From assembly GCA_001938485.1 (NCBI GenBank), contig MQRK01231162.1, positions 1 through 64,000 of the forward strand: 64,000 bases of DNA. Reading direction: 5' to 3'. The notes under the pieces were generated by a model. The model ran no database searches. It saw nothing but the letters and a program-made list of their open reading frames with translations, and was not told where the DNA came from. The stretch is from Girardia tigrina (lineage: Eukaryota). A program made the position numbers and the translations under genes. Shown in pieces: positions 53,419 to 64,000 of this stretch; the stretch's first letter is position 1; every line of letters begins with the position of its first letter.

Positions 53419-56400
53419 CTAATGATTTCATAAGGTCCCTCATAACGATCCGAACCTTTCTGCCGATTTTCTATTTTCACTAATACCCAGTCTCCAATCC
53501 GAAAATTCCGTTTTGTGGTAGTAGTCACTGGTTTTCCGATCTCTATTTTTTTATTTCATCAATGATCTTCTTGTTATCAAACTCGTAATGTCGAGAACCA
53601 TCAAGAGTCAATCGTTTCCCTAAAATTACTTCCGCCGGACTGTATCCAATCGTACTTTGTACTGATGCGTTCATACTGAACTCTATTTCTGGTAGTAATT
53701 NNNNNNNNNNNNNNNNNNNNNNNNNNNNNNNNNNNNNNNNNNNNNNNNNNNNNNNNNNNNNNNNNNNNNNNNNNNNNNNNNNNNNNNNNNNNNNNNNNNN
53801 NNNNNNNNNNNNNNNNNNNNNNNNNNNNNNNNNNNNNNNNNNNNNNTTCGAATAACCGAGATTCGAATACTTTTCCATGGTCCACGTGAATGCACGCTGG
53901 AGCTCCAAACCGAAATATCCATTTCTGTTGTAACGTCTCTATTGTTGTTGTCTCATCTTGATTATTTACTGCCGCAAGGCTAACATATCTACTGAACCTG
54001 TCTATTATTCCGAGAACATACTTTTTCCCATTAATGATTGGCATCGGTCCACAAAAATCCATGTAAATGTCGTCCAATGGGCGATATGTTATCAGATTCA
54101 TTGTTTGTTCTTTTGTCTTTCCGGTGTAAGTTTTTGCTGTTTGACATGCTGTACATGAACGTATTATTGTCTCTGCTATTTTCTTAAATTCTTCCATATC
54201 ATACTCCTCNNNNNNNNNNNNNNNNNNNNNNNNNNNNNNNNNNNNNNNNNNNNNNNNNNNNNNNNNNNNNNNNNNNNNNNNNNNNNNNNNNNNNNNNNNN
54301 NNNNNNNNNNNNNNNNNNNNNNNNNNNNNNNNNNNNNNNNNNNNNNNNNNNNNNNNNTTCCTTTCTCTTATTGCTTTCATAATTTCTCTAATTTCCTTAC
54401 TATCTTGTTGCCACGGGATTGAAAGAGTATCTTCATTTATTGCTAACAGTCGCGTCTTCAATTTGCCAGTTTTAGCTTGCTTGTGCTGTATAAGACATTG
54501 CGAACATACCAGGCAATCCTTTCTAGATAGTGCGTCCGCATTTTGGTGTAATTCCCCTTTTCGGTATTCTAATTTCATGTCCAGACTACTAAAAAAATTC
54601 ATCCAATTCTGAAATTGTGGGGTAATGGGCTTTTTCGTCGTCATCATAAACTCGATCGCCTTATGGTCTGTCCGTAACTTGAATCGGGCCCCATACAAGT
54701 AATGCTTAAAATGTTGCGTAAAATNNNNNNNNNNNNNNNNNNNNNNNNNNNNNNNNNNNNNNNNNNNNNNNNNNNNNNNNATTGATTTCGATCCATATGC
54801 AATCACCTGTTCTTCTCCTTTCTCATTTTTCTGCGACAGTACTGCTCCTATTGTGTCAAAAGACGCATCGGTGTCTAAAATAAATTCTTTTTCAAAATCT
54901 GGATGACACAATATCGGCGAAGATGTTAATGCTTCCTTCAATTTATGAAAAGCTGCCGAATGGGCTTCTGACCAATGCATAACATCTTTTGAGCTTCCAC
55001 ACATTTCTTCTAATATTTTTGCCAATTTNNNNNNNNNNNNNNNNNNNNNNNNNNNNNNNNNNNNNNNNNNNNNNNNNNNNNNNNNNNNNNNNNNNNNNNN
55101 NNNNNNNNNNNNNNNNNNNNNNNNNNNNNNNNNNNNNNNNNNNNGTCTTGATTCCATCTCTGTTCACTATATGACCTAAAAATCTCAACTCTTCCTGAAA
55201 GAATTTACATTTCTCTGGATTTATTCTCAGTCCTGCCGCTTCTATCCGTGTAAATAGTTTTTCCAATATATCTATGTGTTCTGCTTCAGTTTTCGAAAAT
55301 ATCAGGATGTCGTCCAAATATGCCATGGCTTCTTTCCACAACATTTCTTTCAAAACGTCCGTCATCAGTTTCTGAAACGTCGCCGGGGCTGCTGCAATAC
55401 CAAATGGCATTCTCGTGAAACAATATTGTCCCGTTTTAGTTGAGAATGNNNNNNNNNNNNNNNNNNNNNNNNNNNNNNNNNNNNNNNNNNNNNNNNNNNN
55501 NNNNNNNNNNNNNNNNNNNNNNNNNNNNNNNNNNNNNNNNNNNNNNNNNNNNNNNNNNNNNNNNNNNNNNNNNNNNNNNNNNNNNNNNNNNNNNNNNNNN
55601 NNNNNNNNNNNNNNNNNNNNNNNNNNNNNNNNNNNNNNNNNNNNNNNNNNNNNNNNNNNNNNNTGTATTCCATGGTGAAGAGCATTTCTCTATTATCCCA
55701 TGTCTTTCAAGATTACTAATCGCATCATCTATGTGTCGTTCCAGGTGGTTTGGCTGCCTCCGCGGTTTTTGTAGAATTGGTTGTTCTGATGTGTCAATTC
55801 TGTGTTTAACCAGCGTCGTCTTCCCTATATCCCATCTTCCAGCCATAAAAATATTTTTAAACTTGTTGATACATTTATATAATTTATTTCCTTCCCTTAA
55901 ATTTAACTTTTCTTTCGCATTCAGAAATCGCATTTTATCGGTATATTCCAACTTATTTATATAAGGATTTAAGGCGCAAATTTATCCATTAGTTTTAGTC
56001 ATATAATTCTGATCCTTCATTGTACTCTCTCTGCTCCATCTCAGTTCTAAACCAATCGCTCTGATCAATGTTATTCCGAAAATAATTGCTGGGAATACCG
56101 CTTTTGCCACATAAAATAACTGGTTAACTCTCTTATTTTTCCATACAACTATATCCATTCCACTACCGTTCGCACATATTACCGATGATATTGTCTTCTT
56201 ATTTATTCTAATCTGCAACTTTTGTGCGATTTCCAAGTCAATAACATTGATTCGGGCACCAGTGTCTAATAAACAGTTATTCTCCATTCCTTCTATCCTT
56301 GCCTTAATACTGGGTCTATCGTTAAATTCACTATAGTCTAATTTCTCATTCGGTGCAATCTCACATTTCACTATCTTATACTCTTGAACTGAACTATATA

Positions 56401-56608
56401 TAAATTTTTTTGTTGTTATTACAGGTTTATTATAATCGTTAAAACTACATACATTATAATTATTATATAATACATTATGATATGCATTACTATAATTAAA
56501 ATTACAATTACAATCATTGATATTACAAATAACAGGATCCAAAACATTCTTACTTTTTAATTTATGGCTCCTATCATCTCTTGACCTGATAGGGCCTCCG
56601 CATTTCCC
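53419..56608 (-). pseudogene. pol: Pol (protease, RT, RNase H, integrase), disrupted
   Basis: LLDTGA, MPFGIAAAPATFQ, YLDD, LDTDAS, RTDHKA, IYMDFCGP, IHVDHG, YEGPY. Stop and frame change at about 55982; other apparent shifts coincide with N gaps. Confidence 0.92.
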
Positions 56609-57525
56609 GATATGTCTCGGTCACATCCGTCTATCTCCTCTATTTCGTCGATTCCGGCAACATTCGATTTATACCGGTTCGATTTCCAACTGATCGGATC
56701 TCGATTCATCTGCTGGCCTTCTTGTTTGAAACATTGGTACCATAAATGTCCTTGTCCCTTACAATTTGCGCATTTCAGATATGGGCACTCTCTCCGAATA
56801 TGTCTTTTGGCACGGCATCCGTAACACCGTTTGACGTTTTCGGGACATTCCCGTCTCATATGACCAATTTTTCTACAAATAAAACATTCAATCACCTTAC
56901 TCGCCGACGTCTGGTATCTCTGTTGCTTTCTTTGATCATAATTTTCATTTCGTTTTATTAATTCCGGTCTGGGTTCCCTTGTTTGTTGGAAACGAATTGG
57001 CTTCCCGAAATTTGATTTTTCCCGCAACACATTTGCAAAAGTCTTTTTCTGTTGCAATAGCGCAATCTCGTTGGACTGTACTTCAGCCTTGATGTGCTCC
57101 ATTTTTTCGATCACCGTTTTAANNNNNNNNNNNNNNNNNNNNNNNNNNNNNNNNNNNNNNNNNNNNNNNNNNNNNNNNNNNNNNNNNNNNNNNNNNNNNN
57201 NNNNNNNNNNNNNNTGTTTGTTCCACTTGTGTAACAGTACTCTGTCCACCATTTTTTCAATTTTGTTGAAAAATACTGTCGCTGAGTCGGTTCCCTTCCT
57301 GTAAGTCATCAATTCGTTGAGATCCTGGATTAGGGATGATGGTCGTTTGAAAGCCTTTCTCAATCGATCCTTGAAATCCGTAATTTTGCTATCCCCTGTT
57401 TCATACGTGGCTAACATATCTCGGTCCACGAACGCTTTAACGATTGTCGCTTGAATAGCCTCGTTGATCTGAGCAACTTCAAAGAATCGCTGGCAATCGG
57501 CTATAAATTCTTCTATGTCCTGTGA
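56557..57525 (-). CDS. gag: Gag with three CCHC zinc knuckles
   Basis: CFICRKIGHMRREC, CYGCRAKRHIRREC, CANCKGQGHLWYQC; frame is open upstream into the gap (SQDIEEFIADCQRFF). Confidence 0.9.
   Translation of the reverse strand, partial: SQDIEEFIADCQRFFEVAQINEAIQATIVKAFVDRDMLATYETGDSKITDFKDRLRKAFKRPSSLIQDLNELMTYRKGTDSATVFFNKIEKMVDRVLLHKWNKXXXXXXXXXXXXXXXXXXXXXXXXXXXXXXXXKTVIEKMEHIKAEVQSNEIALLQQKKTFANVLREKSNFGKPIRFQQTREPRPELIKRNENYDQRKQQRYQTSASKVIECFICRKIGHMRRECPENVKRCYGCRAKRHIRRECPYLKCANCKGQGHLWYQCFKQEGQQMNRDPISWKSNRYKSNVAGIDEIEEIDGCDRDISGNAEALSGQEMIGAIN
56566..56608 (-). promoter_or_regulatory. Programmed -1 ribosomal frameshift signal (gag-pol)
   Basis: G_GGA_AAU heptamer in gag frame (56608-56602), 5-nt spacer, stem GGC-CCUAUCA / UGAUAGG-a-GCC; the -1 frame is open into the protease ORF. 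Confidence 0.85.
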
Positions 57526-59757
57526 CNNNNNNNNNNNNNNNNNNNNNNNNNNNNNNNNNNNNNNNNNNNNNNNNNNNNNNNNNNNNNNNNNNNNNNNNNN
57601 NNNNNNNNNNNNNNNNNNNNNNNNNNNNNNNNNNNNNNNNNNNNGAGTTGTTAATATTATTTAAACAAATTCAAGAGATTAATTTGAATATTTTGGATCC
57701 ATTATTGTAATATATTTAGTATAATAAAGATAATATAAATATCATATAATTATTTATCCTTACAATGAATTTTTAACTTCCTAATTTATGGATATATTAT
57801 CGAAATTTTGTGTAACATTATCAGTGCCTGGTAATATAATCTTAAAGCAGTTACAAAATATTAAAAAAATAATTAACCCAAAAAACAGTCATTTGACTGA
57901 TTGTATAATTTGTCACTGTCAGAATAATTATCAACGTTTATTAATGTTATTAATTTCGATTTCTAATTAACTCGAAAATTATATTATTATTTTATTCTCA
58001 TTTTAATAAAAAAATAAAAAATTTTATTCAAAATTAATTATGATAAAAATTACTGATATAAATATTTTTATAATGAAATTTACACAAAAATATTTATTGA
58101 AAAAAATAATTATTTATTAATCAAACAAAATTATTAGAAATAGAATTAAAATCTGAAAATTTAATCAAATAATCTAATTTTAATAAAATATTATTATTAA
58201 AAAAATCATTTCTTTTGATAATTAACTTTTCTATTTTTCTATTTTTGAATTTTAATTAATTTTTGTTTTTTTGTTATTTAATCTATTTTAATGACGAATA
58301 AAATTTAAAAGTTTAAATGAAATGATTTAATGGAAATATATTTTTGTTTCAGACAAGAAATTAAAAAAAATAAATTAATAAAAGGAAAAATTATCGACGA
58401 GACAAATTGTCTATAATGTTTTATTTATTTATTTAATTGTGATTATTGATGAATCACTTGTTATTTATTCTATTAAATAATAAATAGAAATGATTAATTT
58501 AGTAATTTGAAACTTTATTTCATGAGAATATTTTCACAAATATTTATTTTTCATAATGCAATATTTCCTTTTTTATTTATTTCGTTTTGGTTTTGTAATA
58601 TAACACTGAATGTAACGTGAAGAATGAATCATTTTTCTAACATTCCAGTGCCAAATAGACTAGATTTATTATTTGTATTTTTTAATATTTATTTTCAATA
58701 TCTCAATCTAAAATGGACTGATATTTTAAAACTAATGTTAGTAGCTTTGTTGAGTTCATTAAATTTTTGAATTTAAAATCTAATCAATTTAATAATTACA
58801 TTTCGATAAGTAGATTCATAGATTATGTTAAAATAAAATTTTCATAAAATAGCGCAAAAAATTTATTTATATAATACTAATTTTTAATATTTAATACGAA
58901 ATCAATAAACTGATTTATTAATAAAGTAAATTTTAATTCTATATGAAACGTAAAATTTAATATTTGAAAAATAATAAATAAATTAAAAAATTATTTTTAA
59001 CTTTTATTTAAATATAAAACAAATCAAAAATCATATGAATTAATAAATTTTAAATTAAAATATAATTGTTTTGAGATAAAAGGAAAATATAACTTTCATT
59101 AAAAAAAGGATTAAATGAAAACAACTGAAAATATAATTTTCAATTTTTAAGAACATATAAATTTATTTTTATTTTTAATAAGTGTAATTTTATCGAAATG
59201 GAAAGGTAATTTAAAAAATGTTTAATTGAACTAAAATTGATTTATATAATATTAATTGGAGATGCAGAATGTTTCTACTACACGCTAGTGTCAACGTGTC
59301 AAATAAAATTAAAATTTGTGATTTTAATTTTATTTAAAACGTTATTTTATCAAAATCTTAATGTAATTTTAAAACGATTATGAAAACGAAAGGAAAATGT
59401 GATTTTAATTTTATTTTGTTGAAAATGTGATTTTATCGAAATCTAAATATAATTTTAAAACGATTACATTGAAGTTGGAAATTTGAACTCATTAAATTAG
59501 CCATTATTTAAGATTTCAAATTTTCGCAATTATTTCCGATAATTTTTATTTATTCTCATCAAAAAAGACCAATTCACCGACTAATATTAATTCAAATTTA
59601 ATTTACTAAATATCAACGAAATCAAATTTACAATTCATAATTATAATTAAATTTATTGCCTTAAACAAATCAACCTTTCAAAATTTCCATTTCACAATAA
59701 TAAATTTTTTTACAATAAAATTTACAATAATAATTTAAATCAAAATTCGAAAGCCAA

Positions 59758-59818
59758 TTGAAAATATTCATTAATTTCAACGGTTTAACCGTTATCGTCA
59801 GAACAAATGATTTTTCAA
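59758..59818 (-). ncRNA. Hammerhead motif, probably inactive copy
   Basis: CUGACGA-U-AACGG-uuaaa-CCGUU-GAAA-UUAA-UG; G at the cleavage position. Confidence 0.6.
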
Positions 59819-60638
59819 ACGAAATTTATTTATATAGTGCAGTTAATGAGATCCGAACACAATCCCAATGGCGTTGGAGATTTATTGCCGAACATGCTTT
59901 CAATTTTCTGGGTACGGGATATTACTTTTAAACTTTTGATGTTGTCAGTTTATTTACAAACGTTCCATTGAAAGAGACTATTGATTTCAAAATCAATAGT
60001 GGAGAAATTAACAAAGGAAACTATTGATAAATTAATTGAAAAAAAAAGTAATACTAAAATTTTAGATGTTCAAGATCAAGAGCATTCTTGCAACACTAAT
60101 GATAAAGGTTTGGGAATTGGTTATGTGTTAACTGTGCCATATTCAGAGGGGTTTAAAATATTTAAAAATTCTATTTTGAAAGCGTTAGATAATGCAATAA
60201 GTTTNNNNNNNNNNNNNNNNNNNNNNNNNNNNNNNNNNNNNNNNNNNNNNNNNNNNNNNNNNNNNNNNNNNNNNNNNNNNNNNNNNNNNNNNNNNNNNNN
60301 NNNNNNNNNNNNNNNTAACGCCACATACATTGGAGAGACTTCACGTCATCTCTGTAAGAGAATCCAGGAACACAGTCGCAATGAAGGTGGAAGTAACATT
60401 GCAGGACATAGAAGACATTGTAAAGGATATATAACTTCACAAAACTTTAAAATTCTGTGCACTCAATTTAAAAATTATTGGGAGAGAGTGACAGGTGAAG
60501 CGTTATCTATAAGATCTTTGGATCCTAAAATTAACGTTCAAACTGCACTCTCTACAACTTTGTTGAGAGTTTTTAAATGATGTACTGATTACGTGTTGAT
60601 TATATAATCATTAACTGCACTATATAAATAAATTTCGT

Positions 60639-60699
60639 TTGAAAAATCATTTGTTCTGACGATGACGGTTAAACCGTCGAAATTAATAAATATTTTCAA
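60639..60699 (+). ncRNA. Minimal type I hammerhead ribozyme motif (Penelope pLTR)
   Basis: UGUU-CUGACGA-U-GACGG-uuaaa-CCGUC-GAAA-UUAA-UA-AAUA. Confidence 0.8.
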
Positions 60700-61850
60700 T
60701 TGGCTTTCGAATTTTGATTTTAATCATTTGCCAATTTTATTTCAATTTATTCACAATAATTTAAATGTTTAAATAAAATGTTTTTTTGTTCGAATTATAT
60801 TTAATACTTTCTATCCATTCCGGTTAATTAATACGTCAACCACGTACATAATTCATTTAATCATTTTAATTTATAACTTTTAATTAAACTTTTTTATTGA
60901 AAGAAGCGCAATATTTCTGTCTTTTTTTATAAATTTAGGTCTTATAACTATTTGAATTACGTTTAAGTTACGATAACATTTCCAAGGAGGACGTTAATGT
61001 AATAACGATAAATATTTATTATTTTTATTAAAATTATTTTAAAGCTTTATTTCATAATACGTTAAAAAAATATTAACAAACCAATATTTTATAAGGTTTT
61101 TTTCCAGTTTCATCAGCGGGGTCGTTTATCGACAAACCGAAATTTATACAGATTAATCTATAAGTTTTATATTATTGAAAAAATTATTATTATTATTGGT
61201 TAAAATATATAAATAGTTTTTATAAAAATTAATTTATCGATTTTCAATGAACTTTTTCACGAAACAATTTCAGATTGAAGGGCAAATTCCTTCCGAAAGA
61301 CTCAATTTAATTTTTAATCCACATGGATGAATAAGAGGAGTCGTTCTGCTTTGTATTCTTTCTATTGCCACAGTTGCTCTTCTTCTGCTAAAATGTTACG
61401 GTGACTCAGAGAGATATTACGTAACGCGCAATTGTCTCTTCATTTTCCATTGAATTTACAGAAATGTCTACAATGAACTCGGTTGACTCCCATAAAATGG
61501 AAAGGTGATGTTGACATTGCAAGGCAATTTTAGCAACAAGCTGAGTAAATAAATAATATCAAGGCAATATTTGAATAATGCATTGTTCAAATATCGTGTT
61601 GCGAAATTTATAATCATTTTAATTGATAATTCATGCACTTTTAGATGTCCTCTTTATTTATATTATTTATTTATCTTTGATATTTATCATTTTTATAGTA
61701 TTTCTTTTTACTATTATTATTCAATATGATATTACTTCTTTATGATTGTACAATCTATACATCAAAATTTCCTAACTGTTCCAATCTCTCAAGTCCCCTC
61801 GGGAGACATTGGAATGTTGATGACACATTATATTAATAATATGTTTTAAA

Positions 61851-61852
<2 letters not shown>

Positions 61853-61892
<40 letters not shown>
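61853..61892. repeat. (TA)n microsatellite
   Basis: TA run. Confidence 0.95.
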
Positions 61893-61895
<3 letters not shown>

Positions 61896-62019
61896 AGTTG
61901 CTATAATGAATATCGGATTCACAAGAAAATAAAATAATAATTTGAATATTAGACCATATAAATCGCTAATAAAATTATCATCATCGTGGTTGTGTTTATT
62001 TTTGACCAACTATTTTCTA

Positions 62020-63100
62020 CGTGGTGCGCCCCATAAGTCATGAAACTAATATAAAAAGACTTAAAATATAAAGTCTAGGCTTTGTATTTAGAACAAGTAT
62101 GGTATATAGATATCATTTCTCAAAATAATTTTATTGTGCACTGACAATTTACCCAGCGAACAACGAGATTTTTGAAGGCGCTTTTGAAGGATTCAGGAGG
62201 TTTTTCTCTCTGGAAACTTTTCACGGCGACCCTCAAATCATGTTTGTTGGCAAACACCTGGCCCCGTAGATGCTTCTTAAGATGGTAAAATAGGAAATAT
62301 AAGGAATCCAATCAGGGGTGTATGGTGAATGGAGAAGCAAATTGAGCCCACATTGCTCACTTGTGGCCATTGAAACGTTATTTGTGTGGGTGGGAGCATT
62401 ATCGTATAAAAAGTAGAGATCTCTTCGTATCTTCGTTGCTTGCTGAACAATGTTTGAGTAGTAAGAACTATTAATCTTCTTGCCGGATTCAGTAAAGTCA
62501 GGCAGAATAATGCCATTGACGTCTAAAAAACACCGTCAGCATGAGACCCTTTCGGTGGCAAGTTGAGGACCACATTTTCAGTTAGTTACTTTCTCCTAAC
62601 AGTTTCCATTTTTGTAACTCTCTTTTAAATTCGGGGATATAAACGGACAATGATGCCTCGTCCACAGTGATGATATTATCAATGAAACTGTTTCCAAAAT
62701 GAGTCCTGATCTGCAGATTCTCCAAATAGCATTTCCACCGTAAGAAGCGTGGCACTAAACTGGAACATAGTTTTCGAATACCACTGTCAGCTAGGAGAGT
62801 ATGCAGAGTGCCTTGCTCCAAGTTTGGACTGGTTGTGGGCTCTATCGTCATTATTCTTCTCTGGTTTTTCACGATTATCTGGAGCTTTGGCGTTATATTT
62901 TCATCAATTTCCAAGGATCTTCCAGATCTTTCTTTGTCCACCAACAATAAATTGTTGATGTGAATGGGCACTATTGTTGGTAAACAGCTTTCAGTTCAGA
63001 AAGAATCTCTTCTCTATTTTTTTCTTTCCAGAAAGAGAAAGCGAATAATGCTACTGTATTGAATAGTTTCCAGTGGAATTTTTCAAATATTCTCAAAAAT
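62020..63100 (-). mobile_element. Decayed mariner transposon
   Basis: ERSGRS, RKLCSSLVPRFL (WVP motif), NIITVDE, YFLFYHLKKHLRG; TA|cgtggtgcg terminus at 62020; other end not found. Confidence 0.8.
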
Positions 63101-63876
63101 TGACTGAAAAAATAATGCATTAATGAAATAAATACATTTTCTTCACCTATATATTGAAGTTTAAATGTGTCTGTATCATTTTTTCTATTATTTTTATTAA
63201 CTTACTTTCTATATATATATAAAGTAAGTTAATAAAAATAATAGAAAAAATTGATTTTCTTCAAACTTTGCACATTTACTCATCCTCGATGACAATAAAT
63301 GATTATGCAAAACTTTGATCGAAAAAAACTTTTTAAGATCCCAAAATGGGAACAAAACGGAAAATTCGGAATTCCCGAACAATATTAATTGCAAGATATC
63401 TACTTATAAATTATAAGTAGTTTATATTAATTTTTATTGTTTTCTTAATTAAAATTTTTTAAATTTTAAAAACTTTGTTTGCAAACTAGAGTTCTGTCTG
63501 CATAAAGAATGGATATAAAAATTTAATTTTTTGATTTACTAGTTACTATTATTATTTCTATATTGGTCTCACAACTTATTGGATGCACCATGTGCTTGGT
63601 TTATTTGACATCTTACGTTCCTAAAAATTGCACTTTTCTATCCTGCCCTAAAGTATTTATAACATTGATAGTGAACAACCATCTCTACTATGCTACTAGC
63701 GGAAGTTCTGCAAAACATTTGATCACAGATTCAGACCTCTCCAACTAAGTTAATCAAATCAACTATCTAATATACAAATCGATTCCGCTACAATTCATAC
63801 ATTTAATATAATTTAATCCAGTTGATCAGACTTAAGTGACACTTCATATCACTCTGAACGATTACTTCATGGTGAT

Positions 63877-64000
63877 TGTGAGGAATATTTGGAATGTTGA
63901 TATTTTGTGTGTTGTTTGAATGTTGTGTGTTGATTTTGGAACGTGTCTCTCCGAATAAGATGGGTGATAAATATTTTAATTCCTATCATCTGAAACTAAT
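63877..64000 (+). repeat. LTR family A copy, runs off the window
   Basis: tgtgaggaatatttggaatgttgat...gtgtctctcc..agatgg. Confidence 0.8.

Larger units (their letters stand above)
53205..57764 (-). mobile_element. Full-length compact Ty3/gypsy LTR retrotransposon (about 4.56 kb, LTRs about 185 bp)
   Basis: TGTAAG...CTTACA termini, 5-bp TSD ATGAA (53200-53204, 57765-57769), identical 53-bp LTR segment at 53270 and 57645, order gag-PR-RT-RH-IN. Confidence 0.95.
59737..60754 (+). mobile_element. Penelope-like element 2 (internally deleted) with inverted 5' pseudo-LTR
   Basis: RT motif FDVVSLFTNVPLKETI fused to thumb and GIY-YIG (TYIGETSRHLCKRIQEH..EALSI..PKIN). 59737-59849 is an inverted copy of 60608-60720. 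Candidate TSD aataatttaaat (59729-59740, 60755-60766). Confidence 0.9.

Noticed and set aside
61279-61455. Exon-like segment encoding a hydrophobic helix
   Set aside because: In-frame stop and no identifiable homology.
1-64000. CRISPR arrays, tRNA/rRNA genes, prokaryotic operons; ORFs spanning N runs
   Set aside because: No repeat-spacer arrays or RNA-gene signatures seen; the sequence is eukaryotic. X-rich ORFs are gap artefacts.

Overview
Very AT-rich eukaryotic DNA with assembly gaps. Short GT-AG introns and the transposon content suggest an invertebrate, plausibly a planarian flatworm (inference only). One intact host gene is supported: a 5-exon cyclin G on the minus strand (13602-16779, 346 aa). 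The rest is mostly transposon debris: hAT, Tc1/mariner (DD34E, DD41D, mariner), piggyBac, Chapaev-like, MITEs, several Ty3/gypsy elements (one full length, with TSD and a -1 frameshift signal), eight copies of one LTR family, and two Penelope-like elements. The most unusual observations are: (1) an in-frame, three-part chimeric retrocopy USP14 - HSP90 - gypsy pol joined at microhomologies and ending in a PPT/LTR; (2) four minimal hammerhead ribozyme motifs in inverted Penelope pseudo-LTRs; (3) an orphan HDV-like ribozyme core heading a GC-rich structured island; (4) a cyclin G intron built from decayed tandem copies of its own exon/donor junction. All assignments come from reading motifs by eye; no searches were run.
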